Shown here piece by piece: positions 11,773 to 23,769 of a stretch of DNA of 64,000 nt; within the stretch, counting starts at the first letter, position 1; each line of letters begins with the position of its first letter. The position numbers and the translations under genes are program-made. A model generated the notes under the pieces. That model did not search any database and was not told the DNA's origin. It saw only the letters and a program-made list of their open reading frames with translations. Source of the stretch: Carcharhinus longimanus (lineage: Eukaryota); NCBI GenBank assembly GCA_030264375.1, contig JASCQW010000043.1, positions 32,209,960 through 32,273,959 on the forward strand, read 5' to 3'.

Positions 11773-12794
11773 TGATTCTGAATTGTTCTTCTGAGGCCTA
11801 GCGTTGTTTGAAACACTGCTCCATAATTCAACACTAATGCTTTGTGATTTGCTAATGTGGCCTGGCCAGCCAACATCCAATGCTGCAAGTTGTTTATATT
11901 CATTTTAGTAGAATTATTGAGTTATGACTTCAAGTGCCTTGGAGAATGATCATACAGGAGCAACAACATAAATCCAAAGCAAATATCTGGAAAGTACATT
12001 TTGATCCCTCTTTGCTCAGCATGCACTAGGTGACATAATCAAATGGACATAACAGACTGTGCCAAGCAAATATTTTAAAAATACTTGATTGAGCATGAGG
12101 TATGTAATAGAAATCTGAATGTAAAAGTTAACACTGAAGGAACCGATACATAACTGAACCCCATTTATTAACATTCTTTTTTTAAAGTATTATAATGCTT
12201 AGTTAGCTTTCAGTATGCCTTCTTGTTGAAGAGGATTCATCATGCACTGCAGAATTATCAGAACCCTTTGCAATTAAAGATTAACAACTATTTTCTGAAT
12301 AGAGAAATGATTTGATGTTACATTGTATACAGAATTCTGTGTGTCAGTCACATGAAGAGGCTGGCACTTACAAGGTCAGTGTTAATAACACTAATTGGGA
12401 TGTTTCAATTAATGGGAAAATTGACCGATAAAGACATGAAGATAGATTTCAAATTGCTTCCTGCTGTAAACAATGAAGGTGACAAGTGGGCAGATTCTAT
12501 AATAGGTGGTTTATCTGCAACACCATTAAATGCCTGGATGGCAAAATGAAGCTCTATTCCATAGAATTGCTAGGAAAGGGTGTCCTGGGAGCTCAAATAG
12601 TAAAGTAAAAGTTAGATTCAGCTCCCATCAAAGGGCACATAATGCTGGTTCCTATAACATCATGGGACAACTTACCTTACAAAAGTCCAGCACCAATTCT
12701 TGGAGCCAGATAAAATCCCATCCTACATGGCACAATGCAGTTACAGCCCACATAAAGTCATAAAGACAATAGAACAGAAAATATGGATATACAT

Positions 12795-14680
12795 ACACAT
12801 ACAACATATGAGTTAGAAGAAGGAGGAGGCTATTTGATCTTTCTAGCCCACTGGGCGAAACAATAAGTTTATGGATCTTACTATATCTTCTACCCCGATA
12901 ACGTTTCACTCCCTTGTTTATCAAGAATCTATCTACCTCTGACTTGAAAACATTCAGTGACTCTGCTTCCACTGCCTTTTGAGGAAGGGAGTTCCAAAGA
13001 CTCACTAACCTCTGAGAGAAATAATTTCTTCAGATCTCTGTCATAAATAGGTAGTCCCTGATATTTAAACTGTGACCCCTGTTTCCCAATTTTCCCATGA
13101 GATGAAACATCCTCACCACATCCATTCTGTCAAGACTCCTTAGGATCTTAAATGCTTCAGTCAAATTGTCTCTTTCTCTTCTAAACCCTAGTGGATACAA
13201 GCCTAGCCTGTCCAATCTTCTCTCATAAGATAACCCACCCATTCCTGGTATTTCTTTAGGAAACCCTCTTTGAACTGCTTCTAACGTATTTACTTAAATA
13301 AGGAGACCAACACTGTACACAGTACTCATGGTGTGGTCTCACCAGTGCCCTGTACAACTGAGGCATAACTCCCCTACTTTTATATTCAATTCCCCTCACA
13401 CTAAATGAATACATTTTATTAGCTTTCCTTATTACTTGCTGTATCTGCAAACTAACCTTCTGTGATTCATGCATCAGGACAGCTAGATTCCTCTGAATCT
13501 CAGAGCTCTGCAATCTCTGAGCATGTGGATAATCTATTTCATTTTTATTCTTCCTGCCAAAATGGATAATTTCACATTTGCCCACATTATAGTCCATTTG
13601 CCAGGTCTTTATCCGTTCACATAACTTATCATGATCCCTTTGAGGCCTCCTTATGTCCTCTTCACAACTGATTTTCCTATGCCTTTATACCAGCAGCAAA
13701 TTTGTCAACCATCCCTTCTGTCCTGTAAAAAGTCAATGTCCCGGCACTGATCTCTGTGCCATACCACTTTTACATCCTTCCAACCAGAAAAAAAAACTTT
13801 TATGGCTACATTCTGCTTCCTGTTAGCTAGCCAATCTTCTATCCATCACAATATGTTGTCTCCTACACCATGAGCTTTTATTTTCCATGATAAACTTTGA
13901 TATGGCACTTCATTAAATGCATTTTGAAAATCTAAGTATAATATGTCCCACAGCTCCCATTCAATCCACAGCACGTGTGACCCCTTCAAAGAACTACAAT
14001 AAGTTGCTGAAACATGATTTCCCTTTCACAAAACCATGTTGACTCTGCCTGATTACCATGTTTTTTTTTGCCTAAGAGCCCTGCCATAACATCTTTGATA
14101 ATAACTCCCAACATTTACCCTGTGACAGATGTTCCTTCTTTTTTTCAAAAAAGGAGTTTACTATTTTCCAATCCAATGGAACCTCCCCTGAATCGAGGGG
14201 AATTTTGGAAAATTAAAACCAAGTTATTAATCTCTCACTGGCGACTTATTTTAAGACCCTTGGGATGAAGTCTATCATGACCTGGGGATTTGTCAGCCTG
14301 CAGCTCCAACAATTTGCTAAGTTCCACTAGTGATTGTAATTTTCCTGCGTTCCTCCCTCCTTTCCAGTTCCTGATTTACAGCTATTTCTTGTATCTGTTT
14401 TGGTGAAAACCAATGCCAACTCTTTATTTTCTATTATTAATTCCCCAGACTCACTTTCGGCAGGACCTATTTCATTTGCCATGATAAGATTTGAACTGGA
14501 GTTTCCTGAGCATTATCCAGGATCTCTGAATTAGTCCAGTGACAACATTAGTATGCCACTACCTCCTTCCATTGAACCTCCATTGACCTATGCCTTAAGT
14601 TCATTTGCCAGTTCACTTCAGCTAACTTTGCTTTCATTCCCTCATAATTGCCCTTATTTATTTTTAAAATAACAGGACAT
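12795..14680 (-). mobile_element. CR1 LINE, 5'-truncated, decayed RT
   Basis: Minus ORFs MDYNVGKCEIIHFGRKN, LYRALVRPHHEYCVQCWSPYL, GLSYERRLDRLGLYPL, SLWNSLPQKAVEAESLNVFK; a minus-strand SINE head is inserted at ~14478-14570. Confidence 0.92.
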
Positions 14681-15431
14681 GTTTTAAAAAAAATCTTATG
14701 TCACGTTTGGTGGACAGTCACTGCCATTTAGACAAAGATAACCTCAAATCTGTTCTCTACTCTTTACTGAATTGCGTGATATCAGGTATGGATGCTACAA
14801 TAAGCTCACTGTGCCCTTGACTAGGAAGGAGGAAATCAGCCAAAGTTCTTTTCATTATTGTTATTCGGTAACTCTAGCTGGAAAGTTCATGTATATGGAT
14901 GTTAAACAAGGAGCAGTCTCAGCTGTTCTGACTCCCCGAGGTAAAATAACCTGTCAACATCCACCTTCAACTCATTCCAGAAGGAAGGCTACTTGCCATC
15001 TTTCAGGGAAAATGAAGAGAAAAGGGAAAGAAAAAAGGAGGGAAAAAAGATAGTTGGATCTACAATTAAGCTTCATCCTGTCTTAATAGACTGAAATAAA
15101 TTCAATAACAGAAATCTATAAATATGTTGGGCAAATGCCCCCAGGATGCCATACTACCTTCCTAATGTTTCCTTTGACACTTTCACTGTTGTCCAGTGAA
15201 ACCTAATAAAACCTATCATCTTTGTGACATGCTGTGAGTGATGAATGAGTAAAGCAGATGCTATTTAAGAAAAAAGCCACCATAAAAATCAAACAGTTAC
15301 AAAATGTCCGGCATAACAAAAATATCCTTTTAAAGTTTCTCAATGTTTATTTGTGGTGGTGGGGAGCTGTGAGCGGTAGCTTTTAATATCTTACTTTCAG
15401 GGGTTTTTTTTCACTTTACAATCTCCTTTAG

Positions 15432-15546
15432 GTGCTGTGGATGCTGGTTTGCCATTTCTAAACCGGGGTGAACAGGTATTCTGTCCCTCTTGGAGCACTC
15501 TTAATTGCTATGGTCGTTTCCTGATAGTTTCCTTAGTGGGTTCAAG
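15432..15546 (+). other. Candidate 115-nt exon (open frame AVDAGLPFLNRGEQVFCPSWSTLNCYGRFLIVSLVGS); coding status unknown
   Basis: Strong acceptor tttcactttacaatctcctttag and consensus donor AAG|gtaagt. Confidence 0.4.
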
Positions 15547-15645
15547 GTAAGTTTTATTTTTTAATTTGTCTTCTTGTTATCATTAAAACTTTGAATTTTT
15601 GTCAAGTCTACTGGTGCTTACAGATGATGTTCAACTGTCTCATTA

Positions 15646-15818
15646 TAGAATCATAGAATCCCTACAGTACAGAAGCAGGCCATTTAGCCAATAGAGTCTG
15701 CACCAACTCTCTGACAGAGTATCTTACCCAGGCCCTCTTTCGGCCCTATCCCTGTAACCCCACATTTTTTCTATAGCTAATCCAACTAATCTGCACATCT
15801 TTGGACTGTGGGAGGAAA
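15646..15818 (-). mobile_element. Partial HE1 SINE (3' part)
   Basis: atagaatcatagaatccctacagt...ctgcacatctttggactgtgggaggaaa. Confidence 0.8.
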
Positions 15819-15934
15819 TGTCTCATTATTTTCTCCCAGATGTAACTTCTTACCTGTTGGTTTAGGGTGTATACTTCCTGGACAATGCCTCCACAACAAC
15901 AAGGATCACTCCACAATCAATAAGCATCCCTTTC

Positions 15935-16252
15935 ATAGAATCATACAATCCCGACAGTGCAGAAGAAGGCCATTCGGCCCATCAAGTCTGCACCAATCAC
16001 AATTCCACCCAACCCCTATCCCCATAGCCCCACATATTTACCCTGCTAGCCCCCCCGGCACTAAAGTGCAATTTAGCATGGCCAATCATCTAACCCGCAC
16101 ATCTTTGAACCACGGGAGGAAACCAGTGCACCCAGAGGAAACCCACAGGGAAAACGTGCAAACTCCGCACAGACAGTGACCCAAACCAGGAATCGAAGCC
16201 GGGTCTCTGGCACCATGAGGCAGCAGTGCTAACCACTGTGCCACTGTGCTGC
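15935..16252 (-). mobile_element. HE1-type V-SINE
   Basis: Full head, V-domain and CR1-type tail in reverse orientation. Confidence 0.9.
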
Positions 16253-16617
16253 TTCTTATCTTCTCTGTATTGTTAGTTTATAATTTTGTAATTTCCTGCA
16301 CAATTGAAACATCACCTATTTGGCATCTTATAGCACAGCCGTGCTCAGTCTTTGGTCTCAAACCCTGAAAATTCAGTCCCTGAAGCCCAGGCAACACTCT
16401 CATTTTTTTCCTTATATCCTGATTTTGTGTTTCTGGTTTCTGGACACACTGAAGCGAGCTGTAATAATCTATGTTGTACTATAAAATGCATAATTGTACA
16501 ATGTATGATCAATAGAATTGGTGAGCTCGAAGGTAAATTGCTACAGGAGTGGTTGCAATATAGCTAACAAAATGTCAGGGTGATTTTTGTGTCAGTTTCA
16601 GAGGTTTCAAGATGACA

Positions 16618-16943
16618 TGGGCAGCATGATGGCACAATGGTTAGCACTGCTGCCTCACAGCGCCAGGGACCCAGGTTCAATTCCAGACTCAGGTAACTGC
16701 CTGTGCACAGTTTGCACATTCTCCCTGTATCTGCGTGTGTTTCCTCCAGGTGCTCCGGTTTCCTCTCACAATCCAAAGATGTGCGGGTTAGGTTGATTAG
16801 CCATGCCAAATTGACACTTATGTCAGGAATTAGTAGAGTAAATACGTGGGGTTACGGGAATGGGCCTGGGTGGAATTGTGGTCGGTACAGATTTGATGGG
16901 CTGAACGGCCTCCTTCTGTACTGTAGGGATTCTATGATTCTGT
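16618..16943 (+). mobile_element. HE1-type V-SINE
   Basis: tggcacaatggttagcactgctgcctcacagcgccagggacccaggttcaattcc ... gggattctatgattctgtg. Confidence 0.92.
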
Positions 16944-17412
16944 GACCTTCACATTCAGCAATGGCAGAGCAGTACCATCTTAATCCTGGGGAACTTGAAG
17001 ACCAAAATATAGAGCTTAAATCTTTGCTGACCTGGAGGTCCTGATGAAATAAAAATTATAATGCTTGCTGGACCTGGCCTAGAAGATAGCTAGTCAAAGG
17101 ATTAATCCAAATTAACAGATGTGTCAATGCCAATCCCACTGCATAATTTACAAATTGCTGCCCTGATATGGGTAGCCAAGATAATTTTTCTCTTCACTCC
17201 ATCCCACTATACTGATGATCCTCACTTTTTAATTGTAAAGTCATGATACTTATTGTGCCAACATTCAAGGGTCCCTAATTATTCTATCTAGAACCAGTGT
17301 TTGAAGCACTATTCACAAGTCTTAATGTATTTAAGCCTGCACAAATGAATCCTCTCCCATGATAGTTCTTTCAGCACTTGCCCTCTATTACTTCAACTAT
17401 CTGTTGTTACCA

Positions 17413-18188
17413 TGGAGATGTACTACAGTATAGTTCCAAAACTTCTTTGAGACAGATCCTAACTGGGAAGGAAAAGTGAGAAAGGAAACTGACTATACCA
17501 GCTTCTAAGGAAATGTGTGCTGAAACTGAGATTGGAACCAAAACTTCTGGGAGGATTGAAATAGGCTGAACCAAAACAAAGGACAAAGAGTTATCAGAGC
17601 TGAGGTGCTGATGATGATTCGAGTGATGCATACAAGCAAACTAAAGAAGATGGAGGCTAGACCGAGAAGCTGAGAATAAGCAAATATACAGTTACTGCGG
17701 CCTCCTCTGCTACTTGAAGATAACATTGGTGGACCCACACTCACCAGACTATTATACGTGTAGTTGAGGAGGCTCTGCAGACATGTGCCATTTTTGGTAA
17801 AGAATGTAACCCGAATTTGTTATGTACTGCTGTCAGCTGGGAATCAGGCTAAATGCTAGAAAAAGAGGAGACAAAATTCTTCACTTAAAAAACAAAGCTT
17901 TGAAAGACTTTGTGACTGAGTTTGATAATCTAATTGCTGAGTGGTCTGCTGCGCCAATTCATAAGATCTGTCTCACTTGTACTTAATGGGTAATTAAACT
18001 TATGACTGAATGCAGTTTGAGTTTAAATTTATGTTTAATTAATGATACCTTTGGGTTTGACTCTTGCATAGTAAAAATTCTTCTGTTTTGAATCGTGGGA
18101 ACATATGGCTTCATTCTTTCAATAAGTAATTGTAATTTTGGATTTCTTCTTTTTGAGAAGACCATTACTGACTGAGATCTGCACAACA
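17413..18188 (+). mobile_element. LTR copy homologous to the Gypsy LTR at 24883-25842
   Basis: Shared blocks gagaaaggaaactgact, ctgaaactgagattggaaccaaaa and gataacattggtgg; TG...CA ends. Confidence 0.75.
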
Positions 18189-18194
18189 GCTACA

Positions 18195-19420
18195 TTCCTT
18201 CAAATAATGTTGTTGAAACATGGATAAAAGAGCTAAATTCCAGAGGTGAGGTGAGAGTGGTTACCCTTGACATCAAGGCAGCATTTGACCATGTATGTTC
18301 ATAAGGATCTCAAGTAAAACTGAAGTCAATTGGAATGAAGGAGAAAACTCTCTGCTGGGTGGAGTCATAGCTGACACACAGGAAGGTATAATGGTTGTTG
18401 GAGACCAATCACCTCAGCCGCAGAATATCATTGCAGGAGTGCCTCAGGGGTCATGTCCTTGGTTCAACATTCAAAATTGCTGCTTTACCAATATCTTTCT
18501 CTCCATTATAAGATCAGAAATTGGGATGGTTTCCGATCACTCCAGAGTGTGCAGTTACATTTGTAACTTTTCAGATCGTCTATGCCCACTTACAGCAAGA
18601 CCTGGACAACATTCATGCTTGGGCTGATAAGCGGCAAGTAACATTTATGGCACACAAGTGCAAAGCAATAACCATTTCCAACATTGGAGAATTCAGAAAA
18701 CTTCCCTTAATATTCAGTGGCATTACAATTGCTGAATTCTCCATCATTAACAGACCTGACACAGAAAGAAAAAATTCTGGATAATCTCAGCATTTGAAAC
18801 ATGGAAAAACGTTTCAAGTCTGGGTGACTATAAAATCCTTGAGTTTGTTATTGACCAGAAACTCAGCTGAACCAGCCAAATTAATACTATGGTCACAAGA
18901 ACTGGAAACTCTGTGGTAATTCACCTCCCAACTCTCCGAGGCCTATCAATCATCTACAAGGAGTACTGTACGTTTGCCTGGACAAGTGCAACTCCAACAA
19001 CACTCAGGAAGCCTGATGTCACACAAAACAAAGGAGCATACTTACTGGCACAACATCTGTCATTTTAAATGTTTCTCCACCACAGCACAAAGTGACAGTG
19101 ATGGGCACCATTTACAAAATGCACTGCACCAACTCTCAAAGACTACCTCAATAATATATTACCACCTAAAAGGGCAAGAGTAGCAGTCAAATGCCTGAGT
19201 CAAACACCATCCTGACAGGGAAATATATCACTGTTCCTTCACTGGCACAGGACCACTATTTAGGAACTCCCTCCCTGCCAGCATTGTGGGTGTACCTACA
19301 CCACAATGACTGCAGGGCTTCACAAAGGTGGCTCACCATCACCTCAAAGAAATTCAAGGATAATCAATAACTGCTGACTTTGCCAGTGAGGCTGACATCC
19401 TATGACCGAATTAAAAATAA
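18195..19420 (+). mobile_element. CR1-group LINE 3' part (RT to tail), decayed
   Basis: LDIKAAFD-like motif, AGVPQGS, LQQDLDNIHAWADKRQVTF; same tail as 34020-34075. Confidence 0.9.
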
Positions 19421-20332
19421 TTCTTATACCAGCTGAAGAGTAGTCTATATAGTGGCTGGAGAGACATTCATTGTTGGCTGAGTGATGAGTTGGTATCAGC
19501 TGCGGATGCATGGATGAAAAAGAGTGCTTGCGCCTTCTACAGAACACTGAAGAATCCATCTCTCAGGAAAGCCCATTAGGGTGCACAGGTGGCAGAATAA
19601 CTTTGGCCTGCTGGAGTTGCAAAACAGTCCATGGATATCAACTTTAGCAGCAATCACAATATTACCAGAGTCCAAATGGAATATTACTGACCTGCCTTGG
19701 AATACCACCAATTTCTCCTTGATGGGTATCATTGCTTTGCATGTACTCTTAGATAAATATAATAGTCCCTTAAAGTGGAGTGATTCTTCCCACTTCCCTT
19801 TATAATGCTAGCGATATTATGAATACCTCAAGCTTTTCGTTGTTATGGTTCAGCACATTATATAGAGAAAAGATTTATAAGTGCAGACAGTGACCATTGC
19901 TCTGTCTAAGATAATTGAGGCATTGTATTTCCAACACATACACTTCATACAACATATTTTTGTATAATTTTTTTGCTTTCCATGGTTCACTTGCAACTTT
20001 GGCCTATGATATAATTGCTGGTACAGTGAGCAGTGTATTGTAAAGATTAATTATAAATATTGAAGTAAAATTATTTCAGTCAGTTCAGCAGCTGGTATAC
20101 TTTTGAAATCAAGTTTGTTGTTCTTGAATAATGTCATTGCAAAAAGTTCACATCATAAGGCCTGGCAACCTAAGATGAACTTTTCTTGCCTGACAAAAAA
20201 CAAATACAAAAGTACGTAATGTATTTTTCACTCGCCCTGAATGTTTTAATTGAAATATGTTTCATTTTGTCATCACAACTCTGTGTTTGGGTGCAAAGAG
20301 TGATTGATATTCTTGGATGAATTGTTTTTCAG

Positions 20333-20412
20333 AATACAGAACTTGCCAAAGCAAACAATTTGAATGGAAGTGTAGAGAAGAGGCCTGAAAGCTTGTTGGA
20401 ATGGATCCGTTT
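20333..20412 (+). other. Weak candidate 80-nt exon (NTELAKANNLNGSVEKRPESLLEWIR)
   Basis: Acceptor attgtttttcag, donor TTT|gtgagt. Confidence 0.25.
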
Positions 20413-20902
20413 GTGAGTTCATTGAAGGGTGAATTAACCGGACACAGAAAAACAAGGAAGCTTGTACTATACATTCCACAAAGACAATGCACAGATTGAT
20501 GGGAAGTTTGTGCCATACAGTAGGATGAATGTGCAACTCTGAAAATGTCCTTCATTTACTTGAGCAGTGCAATTGGTTGTAATCAACATAAAATTATATT
20601 GTGCCACCTATGCTTTATTTATCCCATTAGCATCAATCAACAATTTATTCAAATAAAATAGTGTTAATCTATTACGCTAAGTAAAAATTTGAATTATTCA
20701 GAAACTAAAATTAAGCAATATAAACTAAGTAACATCGGAGCTGTTTTTGCTTCTCTATCAAATATCCTCACAATTTTTTCTTTAAGGAGAATAGCCCCAA
20801 CCTTTCGAATTTATCCTGAAAGCTGAAGTTCCTCACCCCAGAACCATCTTCATGATTTTCTTCTGCACCCTCTCTAAAGCCTTTACATCCTTCCTAAAAT
20901 GT

Positions 20903-21207
20903 AAAGTCAAGTTTATTTATTGGCTGCAAGTAGGCTTACATTAACACTGCAGTGAAGTTGCTGTGAAAGTCCCCTAGTCACCTCACTCTGGCGCCTGTTC
21001 GGATACACTGAGGGAGAACTTAGCAAGGCCAATGCATCTAACCAGCATGACTTTCAGGCTGTCGGAGAAAACCAGACCACCTGGAGAAAACCCACGCAGA
21101 CAGAGGGAGAACATGCAAACTCTGCACAGACAGTGACCCAAGCTAGGAATCGAACACAAATACCTGCTGTTGTGAGGCAGAAGTGCTAACCACTGTGCCA
21201 CAATGAT
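20903..21207 (-). mobile_element. V-SINE with the alternative tail, inserted in an old CR1 fragment (~20750-21360)
   Basis: aagtttatttatt...aagtaggcttacattaacactgcagtgaagtt tail plus HE1 head; CR1-like flanks on both sides. Confidence 0.85.
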
Positions 21208-21382
21208 ATGCCCATAATTGGAAACAATGTTCCTGTTGAATCGAAACCAGTTTTTATAAAAGTTCACCATAGCCTCCTTGCTCTTGTACTGTCTGCTCCT
21301 ATTTATAAAGCCACGGAGTCTTATGCCTTATTAACTGCTTTCTCATACTTCCCTCCAATGATGTGTGCACATATATGTCATA

Positions 21383-22335
21383 ATAAGAACATAAGAACAT
21401 AAGAAATAGGAGCAGGAGTAGGCCATCTGGCCCTTCGAGCCTGCCCCGCCATTCANNNNNNNNNNNNNNNNNNNNNNNNNNNNNNNNNNNNNNNNNNNNN
21501 NNNNNNNNNNNNNNNNNNNNNNNNNNNNNNNNNNNNNNNNNNNNNNNNNNNNNNNNNNNNNNNNNNNNNNNNNNNNNNNNNNNNNNNNNNNNNNNNNNNN
21601 NNNNNNNNNNNNNNNNNNNNNNNNNNNNNNNNNNNNNNNNNNNNNNNNNNNNNNNNNNNNNNNNNNNNNNNNNNNNNNNNNNNNNNNNNNNNNNNNNNNN
21701 NNNNNNNNNNNNNNNNNNNNNNNNNNNNNNNNNNNNNNNNNNNNNNNNNNNNNNNNNNNNNNNNNNNNNNNNNNNNNNNNNNNNNNNNNNNNNNNNNNNN
21801 NNNNNNNNNNNNNNNNNNNNNNNNNNNNNNNNNNNNNNNNNNNNNNNNNNNNNNNNNNNNNNNNNNNNNNNNNNNNNNNNNNNNNNNNNNNNNNNNNNNN
21901 NNNNNNNNNNNNNNNNNNNNNNNNNNNNNNNNNNNNNNNNNNNNNNNNNNNNNNNNNNNNNNNNNNNNNNNNNNNNNNNNNNNNNNNNNNNNNNNNNNNN
22001 NNNNNNNNNNNNNNNNNNNNNNNNNNNNNNNNNNNNNNNNNNNNNNNNNTCCCTCTAAATCTTTGCTGTCCATGTATCTGTCCAAATGCCTTTTAAATGT
22101 TGTAAATGTCCCTGCCTCAACCATTTTGTCCAGCAGCTCATTCCACATTTGTACCACCCCCTGTGTAAAAAAGTTACTCCTCAGGGTCCCATTAATTCTT
22201 TCCCCTCTTAACTTAAACCTGTGTCTTCTAGTTCTTGATTTCAAAACCTTGGGAAAAAGACTGAATGCATTCTGCCTATCCATGTTTCTCATGATCTTAT
22301 TCAGTACTATAAGATCACCCCTCAGTCTCCTACAC
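21383..22335 (-). mobile_element. CR1 LINE 3' fragments flanking an N gap
   Basis: aagaacataagaacataagaaataggagcagg tail before the gap; RRLRGDLI...FFTQGVVQMWNEL after the gap; possibly two separate copies. Confidence 0.85.
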
Positions 22336-22429
22336 TGGGTCAAAATCCTAGAACTACCTTCCTCACAGCATTGAGGGTGCCTACATGAAAGCAGTTCAAG
22401 ATGGTGGCTCACCCCATTAAAGAATTAAA

Positions 22430-22790
22430 AAAGACATGATTTTCCCTGAATAAATCTCCACTGGATTTCCTTCATCAATCCACTTTTGTTACTATTAAAT
22501 TCATTCTGAATTGCCATTTCTAAAGCTTTTCCACCACTGAGGTTAAATTGGCTGGTCTGTAATTGTTAGCTTTATCTTTGAATCCTTTTTTGGAAAAGGT
22601 TTCAACATTTGTAATTCTCCAGTCCTCTGTCATCACTCCTGCATTGAAGGAAGATTGGGAGATTATGGACAGTGTCTCTGCAATTTCCACTCTAATTTCA
22701 CTCAGTATCCTCAGATGCATCCTTGGATTTTCCAGTCCTGTTGGCTTATCAACATCAAATGCAGCCTGCCTTTCTAATACTATCGTGTCA
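22430..22790 (-). mobile_element. CR1 RT N-terminal fragment
   Basis: EIAETLSIISQSS...EDWRITNV...KKGFKDKANNYRPANLTSVVEKL. Confidence 0.85.
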
Positions 22791-23769
22791 TCAGTTTTTT
22801 TGCTCATCCAGTCTCTCAACGACCTCCTCTTCCGTCAAGAAAGAAGTGGTGGCTGTCTTTTTCCTTGAATTGCTGGAATCCTTGAGGTGATGGTGCCGCA
22901 ACAGTCAGTTGGAAATTCCAACATTCTGAACTAGTTCTAATGATGGAATAGTGATATATGCATGTGACTTGGAGAGGAACTTGGAGCTGATTATACTTGT
23001 ATTGTTGATACTCTCATTCTTGCTTCATCCTTTACACAAAGTAGCCATCGCTCTAAGCTTTTTCCTGGATTACTTCCTATAAACTCTGCTTTACCCATTC
23101 ATGTCCCATTAACATCCTTTCAAATCTCACTTGTTCTGTATTCAACTGCTTACTGGTTTGTACTGTTCTCCATAACTTTCATTATTTATATCTTCATAAT
23201 GAACTTATCAAAAGGTTGAACAGGTAGGCTCTATACGCATATGAATTTTTGGGGGTTTTTTTGACATCCCAGCATTGACAGAAACCTGAGGTACAGGAGG
23301 AGAGTCTTTCTGTCCAAAGAAATCTCTTTGCCAGGCTAATTACCAGCCCTTGTGGTTTAACATCCATTCTAATTTCTCTGCTGAGTACTCCTCCTTAGTT
23401 CATCAACATCTTTGGTATCTTCAACTCTTTGTAAGTTTACTTTTAACTTCACATCATTTTCTCGCACACAGTAATTCAACTTCACATTCTATCCCATTCA
23501 GTAAGATCATGATTGAGGTCTGGCAGCATCTGTAGAGAGAAAAACAGAGTTAATTTTTGGAATCCTCTTATTTTTAAACTGTGTTTCTCATTTTTAGTCT
23601 CTCCCAAAAGAGGAAGCATCTGCCCGGTATCTACAGTATCAAGTCTCTTCAAGATCTTTTATGCTTCAGTAAGGTCACTTTGCATTTTTTCTAAACTCCG
23701 ATGGGTATAGACCTGTTCAACCTTTCTTCATGAAGTAAGCCCTGCAATCCAGCAATGAGTCGAGTGATA

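Noticed and set aside
12347-12430. Ig-like peptide SHEEAGTYKVSVNN
   Set aside because: Runs into a stop with weak acceptor context; no supporting exons
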